Assembly: GCF_964204645.1 (NCBI RefSeq)
Contig: NC_134026.1
Location: 18,262,150 to 18,326,149 of the forward strand
Length of the DNA: 64,000 nt
Direction of reading: 5' to 3'
Source: Tubulanus polymorphus
Taxonomy: Eukaryota; Animalia; Nemertea
Position 1 is the first letter of the stretch, and each line of letters starts with the position of its first letter. Shown piece after piece: positions 1 to 11,853 of the stretch. The notes beneath the pieces were generated by a model. The model was not told the origin of the DNA, ran no database searches, and was given only the letters and a program-made list of their open reading frames with translations. The position numbers and the translations under genes were made by a program.

Positions 1-849
1 ATCAGTTATGTATCGGGTAAAAGGTTACTAATACTTTCGGCTCCCATTTCTACAAAATGATAGTAGTGGTGATTTCATACGCGTATCCAGTAAGGAAATA
101 TCAACCCATGGCCTTCGGGACATCGATGAATGACTCTTGGTGACAGACTATTTTGGCGACCATCGTGGAAACTTTGTTTGTGGATCTAAACCATCAATGT
201 CATGTACTACATACGTCGTAGTGTTGCATCAACTAAATCTAAAATTCATCGTTATCGATACGTTATCAAATATCAAAACCCATGAGAAAACATTCAATCC
301 TCGTAAGTGCAATCGACTGATTGACGTGTTAATCGTTTATCGAGGTCATGCCACGACGAAGATAGTTTCGAATCTGGTTAGAAAATAAGTCCTCCGACAC
401 TGAAAATCTAATTTTTACCTTATATAGTAATTGTCTTTTTCAAAGCTTAATCATTTTCTTCTATTTAATGTGATTATTATGCGATGATGAGTCAGTAATA
501 TGATATCCATGTTGTAGTTCAGAAGAACCACACGCGGACAAACTTGTTCATGTTTGCTCCAACAACAGCTCCTGCATTCAAAAACAATAAATCTATATTC
601 ATCTTTTGAATGCCAAAATGTTGGACAAATTTCTGAAGTGTTGTTTTGCTTTTTGCAAAATGTTCTTTATCAGCATTTATATGGTATTTTTATTCAATCT
701 CATGAAGAATATTGATTTCTTTCATTGTACTCTATTGGATAACGAAGATCGCTTGAAGCAAGGATGGTAAATTTACATTGAAACTGATTGAAACCACCCT
801 TTATCTATGAACAATAATATGATAACCTTACGCCGTACCTAGAATGAGA

Positions 850-1725
850 GTCATTTTATGGACTTTGGTTTTAGCGAAGTCCATTTTGCTAACGCATATG
901 AAACTTTCTTCCTTTGGTACAAAATACGTAACTTTCAAACGAGGCTTAGTTTCTCTTCGAAACTTTTCAAAACATTCAACGTAGTAATGAAAGCTCTAAC
1001 CTATTGAATTTCGTCGGAATCCGTTGCTAATTTAGTTCGCGTGTCCTAGTTCAAGTTTTCTTGGAAACTACAAATGATTCAACTGCCAGGGTTCGTTGCA
1101 GGCGTCCGTGAAAAGCCTTGAACTTTATGGAAGGGCAGTGAAATTGGGAAAGGAAGAAGTGAATCTTAGAAATTTTTTAATTTACGAAAATAAATTGTCT
1201 AACGAACTTCGTACACAGTGTATGTAATAAATGAAATCATCACACCATTAACGTGGAGAGTGTCTATTTAAGCTTGTGGGAAAACCCACTACCATGTGTA
1301 TTCATGATGAATCATCATGCAGTTGTGTGTGATAACAACAGCGCTTCATGGAGATCTTGTCAATAGGCAGATTTTCATAAAAGCTTCTTGATTCGATCAA
1401 GGGGGGCATTTAAGGTTTTTTGCTTACTTGGAGCACGGATTCTCTGAGATTCCGCGAAATACTTCATGCCGAAGATATGTAAGCGTTTCCAATCATAATC
1501 TGAAAGAAAATAAAATCTATTTCTTTTTATTTTCGTCCTTATTTTCGATCTAATTATCCGTAAAAAGTAAGTTTCCTCCGATCATTTGAATTCAATCCAA
1601 TAGTATTCCCTCTTTTTCATGCTCTGCTTAATCTCTAGAGTACCAATGTTTTATTCTGGTGCTGGATTACATACACTCATGTAAATTTTAGGAAAGTCCA
1701 TATTAAGAATTTCGTTCCTTGTTTA
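850..1725 (+). repeat. Diverged ~0.9 kb repeat, copy A (inverted relative to copy B at ~19595-20640)
   Basis: Collinear blocks match the reverse complement of 19595-20640, e.g. GTCCATTTTGCTAACGCATATGAAACTTTCTTCCTTTGGTACAAAATA here vs TATTTTGTACCAAAGGAAGAAATTTTCATATGCAATAGCAAAATGGAC at ~20560-20608, and TAAAAAGTAAGTTTCCTCCGATCATTTGAATTCAATCCAAT vs ~19720-19760. Confidence 0.85.
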
Positions 1726-1883
1726 GACCTTAGATTCTGGAACATGTTATGTATGATTTGTTATAGTCTTTTTATAGGTAGGTAAAGGATTACGAGTTTA
1801 GCCCAATTTCCTCAAGAATGACGATGGGAGAGTGTATTGGTAATTTCAACACGAATAACGACAAGCAAACCTCATCTTTTCAG

Positions 1884-2092
1884 AGCATGGGATTTGTAGA
1901 CAAAAATACATGAATTTGAAAATGGTGCGTAAGCGGACAGTACAAGACAGTAGTTGTAGATTTTCCGATAAATATGGGAAGTCGGTAGTGATGGTGTTGG
2001 ATGACTGGGAGCTTTACCAACAAACAATAAGAACAGGTTGTGAATGCGCATTCGATTCTCGATCGAAATTTGCCTCTTTTATCAAGCCGTAG
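1884..2092 (+). CDS. Putative terminal exon (or pseudo-exon) of a cystine-knot secreted protein, IL-17/Trunk/Noggin-like
   Basis: Follows a CTTTTCAG acceptor. Encodes HGICRQKYMNLKMVRKRTVQDSSC...WELYQQTIRTGCECAF...stop, a C-x-Q-x-Y...RK...C...W...GCxC pattern typical of cystine-knot C-termini. AATAAA at ~2099 and ~2191. Upstream exons not identified. Confidence 0.45.
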
Positions 2093-3329
2093 CAGTTGAA
2101 TAAACGTTCGATCGATTTACAAACTATGTAAAATACATGAAATACTAGTTAGTAAACCTATGAATTGAAAATTACTTTTTTAAGAAAACAAATAAATCTT
2201 TTATTTCCTCTAACGCTTAGCTTTTACTTCCCATTGAACATCGAGAATAAAATGTAGTCTAGTGACACACTTGCATATTTCGAAAGAAAAATTCAAATAC
2301 GCATGTACATGTTCCAGGGCAAAATTGATACCAATCTATTAAACTGGGCCCCCATTATATACGGTTATCAAAGTTTTGGTATCCATCCAGCGGCGTATGT
2401 GAGGCGTTTTATAACGTTTACAGAAGTGCATAATCAGAATAGAAGAATTATCACAATTATTACAGCGTTTAAAGTGATACGAAGATATTTTAGTGTTTTA
2501 CGTGTCATCCCACACATCCGTTGGTGTTAATTGAGACTCAAATTCAACGGCTGTGAGACATCCCGTGGTTATTTGCGCGAAAGCTTCTATACACTAATGA
2601 ACAGAACGCCCTTAATTGGGAGGCAGGCAGGCTTGGAGAGATGTTTCAAGATGGATATACTATACAGCTATGTCTATTTTTCACGAGATCGTAACCGTGA
2701 AATGGGTGCATTCCTGGGAAGGTATATCTGCGTGATTTTTTCGCGCCTATTTTCCAACATTAATTTTAAGGAAATTACGAAAATATTAACTATCTACATG
2801 TATACGTTTACGTAGCTTTATAGTCTTGATATTTCATTATAATTAGTACTAGGATACATCTCGCATGGAATTGGGGTCACTCGATTTTTTTTCTTGCCGA
2901 TTTTTCGCTCTAAGCCGAAATTTTGGCGAGGGAATTCTACCAGCCTTGCGTTAATGGGTTATCCATTAGGTTGATAAAAGCATTTTATTAACCTATCAAC
3001 ATCGTTCTTCTCCGCGCAAATAGTCTTAATTTCTTTTTCTATAGAAGTTCTTTGTCTTTTTGATTGTTGTCTGGTATCTTTTGAAAGCTTTTGAATTTGC
3101 TATTTTCCTTAGTTTTTTTTTCTTCTGGAAACTGGATCAAAAATAAATCGTTGATGATTTTCTTCCGTGGTCACCCCTTGCGGTGAAGATTGCGACAGCT
3201 GCTGCAGCTGTCGTTGGTTTGCACTCTTACTGGCGAATATAATCTCCAGGATAATGAATTATGAACATATCATTAACTGTCTACATGTATACGTTTACGT
3301 AGCTTTATAGTCTTGATATTTGAAATTGT

Positions 3330-4290
3330 CACACTTTTAATACTTTGCATTTTGTTAGTGGATCTCATGATCTATGGCAATCATTTCCATGTTCGTGCTC
3401 ATGGTATTCAAAAGCAAGACAAAGTTTACATTCTTCCTCTTACGTCTGTAAGTTTCGTAAGATATTTTTTATTGGTGTTATTTTCAGAATAATCATTGTA
3501 CATTGAAGATATACTTATTTCCGGGCTTAAATACTTCCGGTTAGGGGCATGCTCACTCCGGTAACGACTGATCATAGGGTTTTATGAATTGATGTGATTG
3601 ATCTGTAATGAATCTCTTTACATTATCTTTCAATTCATGATGGGGAGTATGCTTCCCTCCCCTATCAGGCGTGGGGTTAAATACAGGGTTATCATCAGAA
3701 TCTTTTAAGGCACAAGCCAATACTTTTTTCTGAATGGTAGCCCAACGAAAAATATCCGATAGACCGTTGTATCGTTTGATGGGGTACCTGCAACAGGTAC
3801 GTACTTGATAGTGACGCCCTGTTAGGTGTAGGATATAAGTTTTTGGCGTTGATTTTTTTATTTTTGAAAATATCCATTGTTTCCGTTCATTATAGCTCAA
3901 GGCCCAATACTTTTCATGGATAATTGCACGCTGGTCTTTAGATATTTTTCTGCACATTTAAACCTTTTACAATTACATGCCTCAAGCATCCGATGATTGT
4001 TCTTTGTTTTTTGATGTTGTTCAAATCTGGATAGTCGACGACGCTTGGCTGCTTGAGATACTACCTGAATATCAGGACTATCCTGTTCGGTTCTATATCT
4101 AAGCGGAGGCTGCTATTCTATATCCAAACGTGCAAGCTGGATTTCAGTCAGTTCTGTCTCCAAACGTACAGGCTGGATTTCAATCTGTTCTGTCTCTAAA
4201 CGTGCTGGCTGTATCGGTATTGGATCAAGAATATTGGATTGTCTCAGATTGTTGAATACTTGGGAAAATAAAAGAGCAATCCTGAAAACA
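3330..4290 (-). mobile_element. Degenerate DNA-transposon transposase fragment (tentatively Sola-like)
   Basis: Frameshifted pieces read KCRKISKDQRAIIHEKYWALSYNERKQWIF...DRGGKHTP...HINS*NPMISRYRSEHAPNRKYLSPEISISSMYNDY...ISYETYRR...EECKLC, a DRRGKH/SHYxR pattern I recall from invertebrate transposase-like proteins. Stops and frameshifts present; an 11-aa repeat (IQPARLETEQIE-like) lies at ~4110-4220. Confidence 0.55.
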
Positions 4291-4777
4291 CGAAGTAAGA
4301 AACCAGATGATTTCTCTGTGACGAACATCAGTTACCATTGATTGCTAGGGTTTCTTCCCCACACCATTAGATACACGCCACAGGAACCCCTGGCATATAG
4401 CGCTATATTGGGGCGTGTAACTAGTGGAGCGGAGATGATCAGTTAAATCAGGAGTAAAATATCGGTTAGATAGACTGCAGTACGTGGTGGTGACAAAGTA
4501 TTTCTGTGGCCTTTGGGATTTTTTAATACATCACAATAAAACGTTAACAATAGTAATCAATTAAACAATTATCCTCATGCACCGAATAGACCGATACTCT
4601 TAAAAGATCAAAAGATTGCAATAACTCTTGCCTTTTTGCAGCTTTTGCACGTAACTGGATATCATCAAAAATGTGCTTGGCCAATAAAGATTCAAATCCT
4701 AGGCTTTTAACCATGCTAAATTGCAACAATTAAATCCGTTAAAATCAATTGCCTTTTAAGTCTTACACTAACAAAAA

Positions 4778-4883
4778 GGGTCCAGTTACACAGTTCTGAG
4801 GATTTGACCCTGGGTTAAAACATTGAAAATGAACTAACTTTAACTCAGAGTTAATTCTAACTCACAACTGTGGAACTGGGTCC
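4778..4883. mobile_element. Short MITE, PIF/Harbinger-like
   Basis: Terminal inverted repeats GGGTCCAGTTACACAGTT ... AACTGTGGAACTGGGTCC around ~70 bp of non-coding sequence. Confidence 0.65.
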
Positions 4884-6099
4884 TGGAGTATGTTTAAAAT
4901 GTACCTCCTTTCGTGAGTGTAAATTAGCAACAAGCAAGTGAGTGAACACTCGCCAAATGATGTTTGATTATTAGCTGACTTTGGTCAGTGTATTTGGATT
5001 TACTCCCTTTGCCACTGTAAATAAACAATAAAATATTATGAAAATGAAAACTGAAAACTGATGTATATTTTGCAACGGCTTTATCACAGCTGAAAAGCAT
5101 GGCCGAATTAGTCAGAATTTTTATTTTTTTTTTTACTTAACCCCGTTTTGTCAGTGGAGGGCAGTTTTGTACATGTAATTTTTTCTAATTAATGTTTGAC
5201 TAATGTTTATTTGGCCGAAGTTTTTGAAATACTAAAAGGAATACTAAAAATGTATTTACAGGAAAATCCCACGAAATACATACTTCACTACAAAGACTTA
5301 AAGAAGAAAAGAGATTATAATAGTGTTGTGTTGGTGGCTGTCTTTCCTGGGATCTTATATGAAAGCTATCTCCGATTGATGTTGCGATAGAGCTTATATT
5401 TCACGATCCATCCAAACGACATGATAATGATAATAGTAATAATCTATTTTCTTATTTAGCGCTGAACTAAAAATCATAATCTAAGCACTACATTATAAAA
5501 CATATGCAGCATATTTAAAAAATATGCAGCAAATCTATACAAAATACCCTTTTCTTCTTTTTTAAAATGTTCTACATATACGTCCAAGCATTAGCAAAGC
5601 AATCCATGTTACTGCCTTGGTGGCCCGGCAAATCTAACCTTATGACAGAAAACTATGAATTCCTTGAAATATTTTCATGGAGCATCCAACAACAATGAAG
5701 TTGAAAAAGATTTGTAAAAAAAAAGTACGTGAGTAGTTTACGAGTATTTGTATTAGTATAACTCGTACTGTAACTGAAATAAATTTTTAATACTTTTTTC
5801 TCTTTTTTAATGCATCGTTTTTTCTTTTTCTCTTGAAAAACATTTTACTAGAAAAACTATAAGATGTAAGATACACAGCGTTTGCTTGTGAGACTATTCT
5901 CAATCTGGTCGACAAGAAACACCTTCCTCTTATGTTAAAACACTAGGCAGAGCTAAACCATCATTTGCTTTCCTATTCGTGAAACATAATGACACATGAT
6001 ATAAGGATTAACTTGCGCATGATAAACAAATCCTTCACTTTCCTCTCAATTGTGCCATCTTCATCTGTGAACTCAAAGACAGAATTTTTGCATTGATTA

Positions 6100-6650
6100 C
6101 TTTCTTTAAAGCCTCCTTCAATCTCAAAAGGTCAGAAATGTTCTTCGCATTCGTTGCTCGGATGAAAGCCAGCTTCAACACATCTCGCATGGTTCCAATA
6201 ATATTGAGTATATATGTACGCGACTGATATAACATTCATCCATAGACCCAACAACTCCAATCCCGTAACAGAACACGACTTAGCAGCTTTTGGCAATGTC
6301 TTAAAATGGTACGCTCCTGGCCGTTTTATCTTGCATAAGCACAGAACTCGTCATCTCATGACTTGTATCAGAGTACAAAAACCCTGATCACCCTGATCCC
6401 GAGATGCGCACAAGACCGGTTGCTAAAGTAACAACTCTTTTATAGTGCCGACGTTATGATCGTGTTCTCCTGTCCATATGAACTTTGCATTCTTATGTGT
6501 AAGACGGTCGAACGTTTTGGCAAAAATGCTTGAAGTTTGGGAAGAAACCTAGATAAGGCATTTGATTTGGCATTTGCAACAATGAACTTCCTAACAACTT
6601 TATGATTTGTTGGCGTATATAAAAAGGCGAATCGTCTCTTAAAGAATATC
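6100..6650 (-). mobile_element. Degenerate Ty3/Gypsy pol fragment (RT C-terminus and RNase H)
   Basis: Frameshifted translation gives PTNHKVVRKFI...NALSRFLPKL, LTHKNAKFIWTGEH...IKELLL*QPVL, AYHFKTLPKAAKSCSVTGLELLGL and NISDLLR, matching the Gypsy RT-thumb/RNase H motif order. Confidence 0.7.
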
Positions 6651-7624
6651 AATTTCGAAATCTGAGCATGTTGAAAAATTACCGGAATACATGGTTATTT
6701 CGGAAATACATGTACTTCATATCAGGTATGAGCGCTACAAGAAAAATAGAATTTGTCTTTATCTTCTTCAATACTGTACATTCTTTCACACGTTCATGTG
6801 TTATCCATCCATTAACTATTATTTCGGTCAGTTCAACAGCAGAGAGCAATAAGGCATCTGCAGTATTTGCTACGGATCGGAGATGAATACACTCGTACGT
6901 AGGTCACTTTCTTACTCCTTATAGTGACATCTTTAGGGCCTCGATACAGTCCTTACTGGTACATGTCCGTTTAATTCAGATATTTGCCGACCACAAACAT
7001 GACATAGGGTCGATCAACAGTGTATCTTATTTTGCATACTGCTTTTCGTATGTTGCTTAATTGAATCTGAAGTGAAATACTTCTGACAATAATAACAATG
7101 ATGGTGATGACGACGGAGGTGCATATTTCGAGAACCTTTGAAAGCATAAAGCTACAGCATGTGAAATGCCATCCAAGAAATCAAAAATCAAAATCTACTG
7201 CGTCTCATATCCTAAAGATTCATGGAATTAAGAGACAATTCTATCCATGAAACTTTTGAACGGATGCATAAAGAAATCCTTGCAGTTATGAATAATATTG
7301 TAATTTACAAATTTCATTGATGCATTTAGTGTCATATATCTCTTACTAAGCTCCAATGTTTTTTATTCTTATGTTGTCTTATTGTATACACAATGTTTTT
7401 GCATTTATCTTACATGTTGAAATTAAGAATAAACATTGACATAACTGTACAATCGAAATATTCGCTTACAAGTCAGAAAGTGCTAAGTAGCATGTATTCC
7501 TGTAACTATCAACAATATTTTGACATCATACTGCACTAACCAGTCCAAGGTTATACGGTCTTTCTAGGCTGTATGTTATTTGTATCTTCGAATTCAGCCT
7601 TATAGATACTCTCGTAATTCATTT

Positions 7625-7950
7625 AATTGCAAATGTTGTGTAAAATGAACGCACACAAAATGATAACGATCAATAATTTTAGGTCTGAAACGTCGAAGTT
7701 GTCTCTCGGTCTTCGGAATTGCCCCTGTTACCATAAGCTCTTTCTGTAGCCGAATTTTTAGCCGAATATAGTCTGCGATTAAATGTTTTTTGGCTGTTGG
7801 TCAAGTTCCCATAATCCTTGAATGGTGTTATCGGCACTGATTGGAGTGGATGGGTATGCCGACTCTTTCAATAAAAATTCGTTGTCATCAATTAATTCGC
7901 CTGAATTTCTGCAGTCGAAAAACAATTTCTTAACTACCTTATCATATTTA
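7625..7950 (-). mobile_element. Degenerate PIF/Harbinger (HARBI1-like, DDE_Tnp_4) transposase fragment
   Basis: Minus strand reads LLKESAYP / ITPFKDYGNLTNSQKTFNRRLYSAKNSATERAYG / GQFRR / CAFILHNIC, the GDSAYP...TPF...FN...ERAFG...LHN C-terminal signature. Confidence 0.75.
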
Positions 7951-8007
7951 CACTACCCAGTGGTATTTTTTCCTGTTGATATGCGATGATGGATTCTCTC
8001 GGGTTGC

Positions 8008-8359
8008 TACAGCATCACCATATAGTAGTCTGTATGAGCGTGTGTTTGTGTATGCAACAGTTAAGCACTCCCGCGCACGTGGAGGCCTTGTGTAGTGAAC
8101 GTTCACTTCACTTCAATCTCAATCAACACAATCACGGGATATAAAAATAAAACAATACCTATGGCGATATGTGAAATAATCATATTCTCACCAGCAATGA
8201 ACATTCGCACATATACGGCACCTAGTCCAATGAAACGTTCGCCATTAATGGCTTTCCCACAATTATTTTAGTAGCGCCGGAATTCCCCGTATATCCCAAA
8301 AACAGCCAATCACATTCGCTCGTAGAGACGACGCCCCCAATCGAGGTCATTGCAATTTT
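8008..8359 (+). repeat. Dispersed non-coding repeat (~350 bp), second copy at ~26434-26803
   Basis: Near-identical stretches in the same orientation, e.g. GTGGAGGCCTTGTGTAGTGAACGTTC, AAACAATACCTATGGCGATATGTGAAAT and CAGCCAATCACATTCGCT...CCAATCGAGGTCATTGCAATTTT. Confidence 0.9.
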
Positions 8360-9449
8360 GCAATTTGCATTGCTTTCTTACTGACGGTCTATCAATGCGC
8401 ATAGCACTGTCAGTTTAATTGCAACGCATCCACGGACCTAACTACGCACTGTACGTATATTAGAAACACAAAACTGCTCCCCGTGTAAAAACTTTTACTT
8501 TAGGCAAACTCAGTACCAGATGTGAAGTACCATCTGCGCACCCCTTGACGGAGAAACCCATCCTCATCGGAGCTGCACCGTCGATGTCATACAACTACAC
8601 TTCGGATACCCCAGGACCATACTCCCATCTGGAAAACTTGCGTTTCGAAATGTGCTTCCTTTCTATCTAGTCAACACGCGAGATCATCAACTTAGAGCAC
8701 TTCGACATCAACATCTACCCGAGAAAATAACTACAATAAACTAACGGACTATTTACACGTAGAAAACGACAAAAAAAATGGATAAAATGATCTTCAACCT
8801 TGTAATATTGCTATTTCCAAAATCTCGATGTATTAAATTAGGCAGCCAAGAAAATTCACCCCAATCAGTTGCTTGCCGGTTCAGACTGAATGGAAGATTG
8901 TTTGAATGAACCGGAACCGAATTTCCAATTATCTACATCGATTTAAAAAAAGATTCTGTTAACTCGACCGCCGATCACACAACTATATTTGTACTTCGAT
9001 TTCCGATTTTAAAATCAAACCCCCTGTTTCGCTCCCGGCAGGTGTGTTTGGTCTGTATGAGACACTCAATCAAAAAATCACACGTTATTTACCAGCCAAA
9101 TAAATAACAGGGGAATTCCATATTTTAAGATCAAAAACCTACATAGCCAGAATCCCAAAGAACCGGTGGGTTGGCCTCAAAGTCGTATAGCTACATACTT
9201 AAATAAATAAGAATTTTAAATAGATACAACTACATCCTCAGGCCAAAGTCGTGAACATCACCACGAAAACCGGGCAGCTGGAAAAGATCGTCCAGAACCC
9301 CAACATTATACGGCCAAATGGCAAAGAAAATGGGAAACGTGTGGTCCCTTCTCCAGTAAATAAATTGAGATTAAATGATTGTTAACAAACTGAACCTATG
9401 TACACTTACTAAAACATGTCGACCGTCCCCGGACTCATACCGAAGGCCG

Positions 9450-10822
9450 GCAAAGCCAACTGCAAGGTCCCTAGTCCCCCGAACATGGAACGAAGGGAAC
9501 TTGAGACGGCTAAATGGAAGGACCGGACGAGTGACAGCGCTTCTCTTAAACGAGAACCACGGCGCCCAAAGAAGCCAAAGAATCTAACTGCTCCGACACG
9601 TCACGTAAGTAGAAGTACGCAAAGGTAGACGGGGCGGACCGAAAAGCTGCCAACAAACCTGGTCTAAAAACCACAATAGAAAACCGCCCACGAGATCGAA
9701 CCTCGTGAGACACTACTCTCGCGGAATTGGGCACCCCTTCTTGGATGAGCGCCTCCTTGGTGAGCGAGACTATCCAGCGGGCTACCGTGTCCCTGGAAAT
9801 ATCAGACTCAAAGCCCTGACTGGGCACAAGGCTGAGTCCGGCAAGTCGCCAGAAACTCCCCAGAAACTCCCTAGGTCAGCGCCTCAATTCTCCACTCCCT
9901 ACCCACAGACATGGGTTCTGGTTTTTTGCAAGGACCGACAATCCCGGGCGAAGCAGAATAAACTGGTCAAGGGGGCCAAAAACAATATGACCTGGCCGAG
10001 CCGACAAGGCATGAAGCTCCGACCTGCGCGTCGCCATAGCTATACACAGTAAAAACACGGTATTCTTTGTCGGACGTGAAAACGACAGAGAAGCTAAAGG
10101 CTCGTATGGAGCCCAATTCAAAACGACAGTCAAATCCCATGGGGGAAGATCCCAGATCAACTTCGGACGAGAAATGGAAATCCTGCAATCAGCTGTGAAA
10201 TACGAGGATCTGCCATGACTGACGGAAGGCCCACCGAGCGATGGGTATGGGAGATCGCCGACCTATAGCCTTTCACTGTACATACTTGAAAACCTTTTTC
10301 CTTGAAAAGAAAATGGGGAAAATCGGCTAAATCCGCTACAGAGGGAGAGCGAGGGTCCACCTGTCTCCCACGGCCCCAGTTACTGAAGAGCTCCCAATTG
10401 GAGTCGTAAATGAGACCTGTAGAGGGTCGTCTCGAAGCGACGATATACGAGGCAACGTTTGCCGAAAAACCTTCACTCTGTAGACTACGCTGGACAGCGG
10501 CCACGCGTGAAGATTGAGCCAATGTAGATTGGGGTGTTGCTTGAACCGACCCTGCGACAGAAGCGACGGAAACACTGGGAGAACCCTGGGGCTGTCGCAC
10601 AAGAGCTGGAGCTGAATGTGGAACCATGACTGGATTTGCCAGCAGGGAGCCACCAGGACAAATTTGTAGTTGGTTGCTTGTTCCAACCGGAGAGCGCCTA
10701 GCCGATGAGAGGAATCGGGGGGAATGCGTACGCGTGTAGATCCTCCCAGTCTTGAGCTAACGCGTCGACGCCCACGCATGGTCGTCCGGGAAGGGAGGCA
10801 CAAACGCTGGGCACCGGGAGTT
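9450..10822 (-). mobile_element. DIRS-type retrotransposon 3' half: Dam-like methyltransferase domain plus tyrosine recombinase (pseudogenised)
   Basis: Minus-strand pieces: NSRCPAFVPPFPDDHAWA / DWEDLHAYAFPP / VLVAPCWQIQSWF (MT-like); ASRRPSTGLIYDSNWELF, TVKGYRSAIS (YR N-terminal domain); PPWDLTVVL, LCIAMATRRSELHAL, SHEVRS, STFAYFYLRDV (catalytic R, HxxR, Y). Multiple frameshifts. Confidence 0.9.
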
Positions 10823-10974
10823 GTTTCTCAGCGACACCGGTGTAATAATCTGACACTACACAGTTTGCCTGAAGTCTTCAGCCCGATCGGTCGACTTTTG
10901 TCTGGTGAGCATTCCGTTTGTCTTATTTCTAGTGAGGTTGGGGTTTTGAAGGTTTGGAAGTTTTTTTTTATTTT

Positions 10975-11245
10975 AGATTTTGCGCCAACTAGTGAAGTTG
11001 GGCAGTTAAGATTTGTGCCAAATAGTGAGGTTAGGCAGTGAAGATTTTGTGCCAGCTAGTGAGGTTGGGCAGTGAAGATTTTGCGCCAACTAGTGAGGTT
11101 GGGCAGTGATAATTTGCGCCAACTAGTGAGGTTGGGCATTAAAGATTTGTGCCAACTGGTGAGATTGGACAGTAAGATTTTGCGCCAACTAGTGAGGTTG
11201 GGCAGTAAAGATTTGTGCCAACTAGTGAGGTTGGACAGAAAAAAA
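10975..11245 (+). repeat. 33-bp minisatellite, about 8 copies
   Basis: Tandem units of consensus AAGATTTTGCGCCAACTAGTGAGGTTGGGCAGT with no spacers; a partial unit occurs at ~10929. Confidence 0.95.
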
Positions 11246-11497
11246 TTTGTTGCAAGCTAAAGGGTTCATGGTTTGTGCTAGCTAAGTATATGGCTAGCGA
11301 GGCCGGTAACATTTTTGGCTAGAATGTGTTACACGTAGTTTGCTTTTAGTATGTCTTATTATTAACGGGCGAATACTGTTCACAAATTCATACATTTTAT
11401 TATTGTTATTATTGAGATCTCTGGGCTGCTACACTTGTATTAAAGTAAGCTTTTATCATTGTTATCTGATCCACTACATGTGATATGCACTAACTCA

Positions 11498-11853
11498 CAA
11501 CTTGGTCAACTGGCAAATTTCTTGCCCTTGGATTCTAAGAGGTCTCTGCAGGTCTTTACCTCGGTTCTTTAACTCTTGTTTGGCTCGGGCGTTTGGGAAT
11601 TTACTCGTCGTTCTCAGGGTGACTTATACCCTAGGGTACATTCATCTTTATTGCTTATTTAATTTTTCTTAGCTATTGTGGTGGGTTTTTGCCCCAGGTT
11701 GAACTTGCACAGTGGAAGTCTACCACCAAGAAGCAGCTGCTCAAACTTACAATTTGGTCAACTGGTAAATTTCTTGCCCTTGGATCTTTAGAGGTCTTTG
11801 CAGGTCTTTACCTCGGTTCTTTAACCTTTGTTTGGCTCGGGCGTTTGGGAATT
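11498..11853 (+). repeat. ~105-bp direct repeat pair (~11498-11602 and ~11749-11853) inside the DIRS leader/gag region
   Basis: TTGGTCAACTGG(C/T)AAATTTCTTGCCCTTGGAT...GGTCTTTACCTCGGTTCTTTAAC...TTGTTTGGCTCGGGCGTTTGGGAATTT occurs twice. Confidence 0.9.

Noticed and set aside
137-590. Upstream exons for the cystine-knot candidate (ORF 137-388; SEEPHADKLVHVCSNNSSCIQKQ at ~518-590)
   Set aside because: Plausible splice sites exist but there is no recognisable motif, so linkage cannot be supported without transcripts.
9450-10822. Phage integrase / bacterial Dam methylase suggesting horizontal transfer or contamination
   Set aside because: The YR and MT-like motifs match the DIRS retrotransposon layout and join a DIRS RT-RNase H half. 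Flanks are animal repeats and spliceosomal genes.
10975-11245. CRISPR-like array of ~33-bp repeats
   Set aside because: Units are head-to-tail with no unique spacers, there are no cas genes, and the context is eukaryotic. It is a minisatellite.
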